Below are positions 60,217 through 64,000 of a DNA stretch of 64,000 nucleotides, piece by piece. The stretch lies in contig OZ245046.1 of assembly GCA_965224245.1 (NCBI GenBank), positions 2,144,001 through 2,208,000 on the forward strand, written 5' to 3'. Source of the stretch: Candidatus Eiseniibacteriota bacterium. Lineage in GTDB: Bacteria > Eisenbacteria > RBG-16-71-46 > CAZAMP01. The notes under the pieces are model-generated. The model did not search any database, was not told where the DNA came from, and saw nothing but the letters and a program-made list of their open reading frames with translations. The position numbers and the translations under genes were made by a program. Position 1 is the stretch's first letter. Each line of letters starts with the position of its first letter.

Positions 60217-60810
60217 CTACCGACCGAGCTCGTAGCGGACGAAGCGTCGGATCTTCATGTTCTCGCCGACCTTGGCGATCAGCGCCGTCAGGTGGTCCCC
60301 CACGGTGAGCTTGGGCTCCTTGACGAAGGGCTGATCGATCAGGCACACCTCGGAATACCACTTCTCCATCATGCCGTCGACAATCTTGTCGAGAACGTTC
60401 TCGGGCTTGCCCATCTCGCGGGCCTGCGCGAGGAAGAGCTCGCGTTCCCTCTCCACGCGCTCGGGCGTGAGGTCCTCACGCGAGACGACCTCGGGCGACG
60501 CCGCCGCGATGTGCATGCAGACGTCCTTGACGAACTGCCCGAACTCGTCGTTGCGGGCCGAGAAGTCGGTCTCGCAGTTGACCTCGAGCATGACGCCGAT
60601 CTTGTCCCCGGGGTGAATGTAGGTGCCGACCCGGCCCTCGGCGGTCTCACGGCCCGCCTTCTTCGCGGCCTTCGCGATGCCCTTCTTCCGAAGCGCGTCC
60701 GCCGCGGCCTGCATGTCGCCGCCGGTCTCGGTGAGCGCTGTCTTGCAGTCCATCATGCCCGCGCCGGTCATGTCTCGCAGCGCTTTGACTTCTTTGGCGC
60801 TGATCGTCAT
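60217..60810 (-). CDS. tsf: Elongation factor Ts, short form (197 aa)
   Basis: LRDMTGAGMMDCK, EVNCETDF, MHIAA, GENMKIRRF. Confidence 0.95.
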   Translation of the reverse strand: MTISAKEVKALRDMTGAGMMDCKTALTETGGDMQAAADALRKKGIAKAAKKAGRETAEGRVGTYIHPGDKIGVMLEVNCETDFSARNDEFGQFVKDVCMHIAAASPEVVSREDLTPERVERERELFLAQAREMGKPENVLDKIVDGMMEKWYSEVCLIDQPFVKEPKLTVGDHLTALIAKVGENMKIRRFVRYELGR

Positions 60811-60949
60811 CGGTCGTGTGCTCCCTTGAGGTCTACTCGTCGACGCACCGGTATCGGGCGCCTGGCGTCGTTCGGATACAGAAGCGGCGCACGCGTGCGC
60901 CGCCGTCTCACTCGAATTCCAGGGGGGCGGGCGCGAGGCCCGGCCCGGT

Positions 60950-61705
60950 CTACGACTGAACCGGTGCCGTCGCCGCCGGCGCCTCGGGCGTCGCCGCGGC
61001 CTCGTCGTCGCCCGCCTTCTGCTTCTCTTTCTGCGACTCGAGGACCACGTCCGCCACGGCGTGCGCGAAGAGGCGAATGGAGCGCAGCGCATCGTCGTTG
61101 CCCGGGATCGGGTAGTCGATCACGTCGGGATCGGAGTTCGTATCGACGATGCCGATGATCGGAATGCCCAGGCGGTTGGCCTCGGAGACGGCGATCTTCT
61201 CGCGCCGGGTGTCGACGACGAAGACGGCGGCCGGGAGCGTGGACATGTTCTTGATGCCGGAGAAGATCTTCTCGAGCCGCGCCTGCTCCTTGGCGAGCCG
61301 CACCTGCTCCTTCTTCACGCGGCCCTGGAACTCGCCGCTCTCGAACCCCTTGTCGATGTCCTTGAGCCGATTGATGCTCGTGACCACGGTGCGGAAGTTG
61401 GTCAGCATGCCGCCGAGCCAGCGCTCGGTGACGTAGTGCTGGCCGCAGCGGGCCGCTTCTTCCTGGATGATCGACTTGGCCTGGGTCTTCGTGCCCACGA
61501 ACAGCACCGGCTTGCCGCCGGCGACGAGCTTGCGCAGCTCGGCCAGCGCGTGCTCCAGGCACACCTGGGTGCGCCTGAGGTTGATGATGTGGACCTTGTT
61601 CCGGGAGCCGAAGATGTAGCGCTTCATCTTCGGGTTCCAGCGCTGGGTCTGGTGCCCGAAGTGAACGCCCGCATCGAGCAGGTCGCGCAGCGTGATCTGA
61701 CTCAT
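60950..61705 (-). CDS. rpsB: 30S ribosomal protein S2
   Basis: [39 protein letters not shown]. Confidence 0.97.
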   Translation of the reverse strand: MSQITLRDLLDAGVHFGHQTQRWNPKMKRYIFGSRNKVHIINLRRTQVCLEHALAELRKLVAGGKPVLFVGTKTQAKSIIQEEAARCGQHYVTERWLGGMLTNFRTVVTSINRLKDIDKGFESGEFQGRVKKEQVRLAKEQARLEKIFSGIKNMSTLPAAVFVVDTRREKIAVSEANRLGIPIIGIVDTNSDPDVIDYPIPGNDDALRSIRLFAHAVADVVLESQKEKQKAGDDEAAATPEAPAATAPVQS

Positions 61706-61714
61706 GTCACTTCC

Positions 61715-61830
61715 TTCGTGTTTGGTTGTGCCACCGCCCCGCTCATCCCCCGGCCTCCAACCGCACCGGTCGCGGACACACCGCGCCAGAAAAAGCGGCA
61801 CCGAGGAGGCGAGGTCCCGGAGCGTGTGGG
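61715..61830 (-). ncRNA. rpsB leader (t44/S2-binding autoregulatory RNA)
   Basis: Minus strand CCACACGC...CGGTGCC...GGATGAGC.GGGCGGTGG..CAACC directly upstream of rpsB, resembling the S2 leader layout; not checked against a covariance model. Confidence 0.55.
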
Positions 61831-61839
61831 GTCGTCGGT

Positions 61840-62235
61840 CTAGCGCTTGGAGAACTGGAAGCGCTTGCGCGCCTTCGGCTGCCCAGGCTTCTTTCGCTCG
61901 GTCACGCGCGGATCGCGGGTCAACAGGCCGTCTTCACGGAGCTGTCCCTTGAGCTCGGGCTCCGCCTTGGCCAGCGCGCGCGCGATACCCAGGCGCGTTG
62001 CGCCGGCCTGACCGGCCTTGCCGCCGCCGTCGACGCGAACCGTCACGTCGTACTGCTCGGTGCGCTCGGTCAGCGTGAGGCCGCGCTCGGCCAGCATGAC
62101 CAGCGTGTCGCGTGTGAAGTACGCCAACGCGCCGAGGCCGTTGACGGTCATCTTGCCCGATCCCGGCTTGATTCGGACGCGTGCCGTGGCTTCACGCCGT
62201 CGGCCCATCGCCCACGTTTCTTCTCGAGCACTCAA
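61840..62235 (-). CDS. rpsI: 30S ribosomal protein S9
   Basis: [43 protein letters not shown]. Confidence 0.97.
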   Translation of the reverse strand: MSAREETWAMGRRREATARVRIKPGSGKMTVNGLGALAYFTRDTLVMLAERGLTLTERTEQYDVTVRVDGGGKAGQAGATRLGIARALAKAEPELKGQLREDGLLTRDPRVTERKKPGQPKARKRFQFSKR

Positions 62236-62249
62236 CGCTCGGTGTCCCC

Positions 62250-62708
62250 CTACCGGTCACGTCCCGCGAGCACACGCCCTTGGGAGCCCAGCTCGTGCAC
62301 GATGGGCTTCTGCGCATCGTGCTGGTTTTCGTACGGTCCGTCGTAGATCTTCAGCTTCGTGATCATCTGGCGACCGAGCCTCGTCTTGGGCAGCATGCCG
62401 CGGACGGCCAGCCGCACGACGTCCTCGGACTTCATGCGCGAGATCGGCGTCAGGCTCTCGCCGCCGGGGTAGCCCGAGTGGCGGAAGTAGGTCTTCTGGG
62501 AGGCCTTGTTGCCGGTCAGCTTCACGCGCGAGGCGTTCACCACGATGACGTGGTCGCCGCAATCGACGTGCGACGTGTAGTGCGGCTTCCACTTGCCACG
62601 CAAGACGGAGGCCACTTCGGACGCCAGTCGACCGAGCGGCTGCCCCTCGGCGTCGACGACGTACCAGGATCTCACGATGTCGGACGTCTTGGCGGAAACG
62701 GTTCTCAT
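62250..62708 (-). CDS. rplM: 50S ribosomal protein L13
   Basis: WYVVDA..LGRLA, LRGKWKP.YT.HVDCGD, HSGYPGG, GMLPK. Confidence 0.97.
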   Translation of the reverse strand: MRTVSAKTSDIVRSWYVVDAEGQPLGRLASEVASVLRGKWKPHYTSHVDCGDHVIVVNASRVKLTGNKASQKTYFRHSGYPGGESLTPISRMKSEDVVRLAVRGMLPKTRLGRQMITKLKIYDGPYENQHDAQKPIVHELGSQGRVLAGRDR

Positions 62709-62808
62709 TGCGGTTCTTTCCTCGTCTCGGCCGGCGGTGGGAGCGCCCGCGGCTCCGCCGCGCGCCGGCGCGCGCGTTCGTGTTCGACCATGAAAGCAAA
62801 GGGTGGGG

Positions 62809-62837
62809 AGTGTAGGGCCGAGCCGGGATCGGGTCAA
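62809..62837 (-). promoter_or_regulatory. sigma70-type promoter for rplM-rpsI
   Basis: TTGACC-N17-TACACT. Confidence 0.7.
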
Positions 62838-62961
62838 GCCCCAAGATGAGGCCGCGCGGGGGCTTGCGTCCGCCCGTGGGGACCCGCCGGTCCCCTCTCT
62901 GGCACCCCTGAGGGCCCCGTGGACGATCGACCGCTCGGGGGCGCCTCCCGGGTTTCGGCGG

Positions 62962-63999
62962 TCAGCCGCCCGGCCGCGGCGGGGACGGGCGTGGGGCCGC
63001 GGCCCTCGCCAGATCGGAGTACGGGGGCCTGAACACCCCGCGTTCGGTGATGATGGCGGTGATCAGGGAGGCCGGGGTGACGTCGAACGCCGGGTTGTAG
63101 ACGTCCACGGCCGACGGGGTGCTCGCGGAGCCCGCGAAGCGACGGACCTCGTCGGCCCCCCGCTCCTCGATGACGATGTCGGCCCCCGTGAGCGTGGTGG
63201 GATCGATCGTCGTGCCCGGCGCCACGACGTAGAACGGGACCCCGGCCTCGCGGGCCGCGAGCGCCACCGCATAGCTCCCTATCTTGTTGGCGGTGTCCCC
63301 GTTGGCGGCGATCCGATCCGCGCCGATGAGGACCGCGTCCACGTCCTGGGTCAGGAGCGCCCACGCGGCCGCCCCGTCGGCGAGAACCCGGACGGGGATG
63401 CCGGCCTTCTCGAGCTCCCAGGCCGTCAGCCGGCCACCCTGGAGCAAGGGGCGTGTCTCGTCCGCCAGCACCTCGGGGTCCTGGCCGCTCTCCTTGGCCG
63501 CGTACACCACGCCGAGGGCGGTCCCGAGGCCTCCCGTGGCCAGCCCGCCGGTGTTGCAGTGGGTCAGCACCCGGGGATGGTCGGGCAGGAGCGCCGCCCC
63601 GTGCCGCCCCATCGCGCGGCTCATCTCCAGGTCCTCGGCCAGGATGGCGTCCGCCTCGCCGACGAGCGCATCGACCAGGGTGGCCGGATCGTCGTGGGTC
63701 TCCAGGCGATGCGTGATCCGATCGAGCGCCCAGAACAGGTTGACGGCGGTGGGGCGCGCCGTCCGGAGCTGGCGCGCGCCCCGCCGAGCGGCCTCCCGGC
63801 CCCCGTCGCCCTCGTCGCGGCCCAGCCACGCCGCGAGCACCACGCCGTAGGCCGCGGTGATTCCGATCGCCGGCGCGCCGCGCACGCGCAGCATCCGGAT
63901 GGCCTCATGCACGGCGTCGACGGTTCGCAGCTCCAGGAAGCGCTCCTCGGCGGGCAGGAGCGTCTGGTCGACCAGGCGCACCGCACCGTCGCGCCAGCG
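62962..63999 (-). CDS. mtnA: Methylthioribose-1-phosphate isomerase, 5'-truncated
   Basis: [69 protein letters not shown]. Confidence 0.95.
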   Translation of the reverse strand, partial: RWRDGAVRLVDQTLLPAEERFLELRTVDAVHEAIRMLRVRGAPAIGITAAYGVVLAAWLGRDEGDGGREAARRGARQLRTARPTAVNLFWALDRITHRLETHDDPATLVDALVGEADAILAEDLEMSRAMGRHGAALLPDHPRVLTHCNTGGLATGGLGTALGVVYAAKESGQDPEVLADETRPLLQGGRLTAWELEKAGIPVRVLADGAAAWALLTQDVDAVLIGADRIAANGDTANKIGSYAVALAAREAGVPFYVVAPGTTIDPTTLTGADIVIEERGADEVRRFAGSASTPSAVDVYNPAFDVTPASLITAIITERGVFRPPYSDLARAAAPRPSPPRPGG

Positions 64000-64000
64000 T

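Overview
High-GC, gene-dense bacterial window with 55 CDS called. Gene content and order suggest an FCB-superphylum lineage outside Bacteroidota (inferred from T9SS/FlgD-type C-terminal domains, the Bat operon and contiguous rplM-rpsI-rpsB-tsf). Layout: (1) 1-8.5 kb (+): four exported proteins, three with T9SS-like C-terminal domains, including an S8 peptidase. (2) 8.5-24.5 kb (-): moxR-DUF58-bat operon, PTS EIIA, zinc-ribbon protein, amidohydrolase, GAF-GAF-SpoIIE phosphatase, bactofilin, rhomboid, an unlisted 48-aa membrane protein and an FHA-GAF-HD-GYP protein. (3) 25-40 kb (+): a 16-gene block in which a histidine kinase, receiver, HD-GYP and STAS protein lead directly into an MshEN-type PilB/GspE type IV filament operon. 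(4) 40-64 kb (-): housekeeping run from mtnA to glyA, with a lipidated Omp85 gene broken by a ~556-nt poly-G run that is probably an artefact. The best candidate for a new system is block 3. Its kinase, receiver and HD-GYP, plus the second HD-GYP, are the only proteins here ending in -AA (a ClpXP-type degron), and a sigma28-like promoter lies inside pilC ahead of the pilins. No rRNA, tRNA, CRISPR array or mobile element was seen. All calls come from motif reading; no database searches were run.
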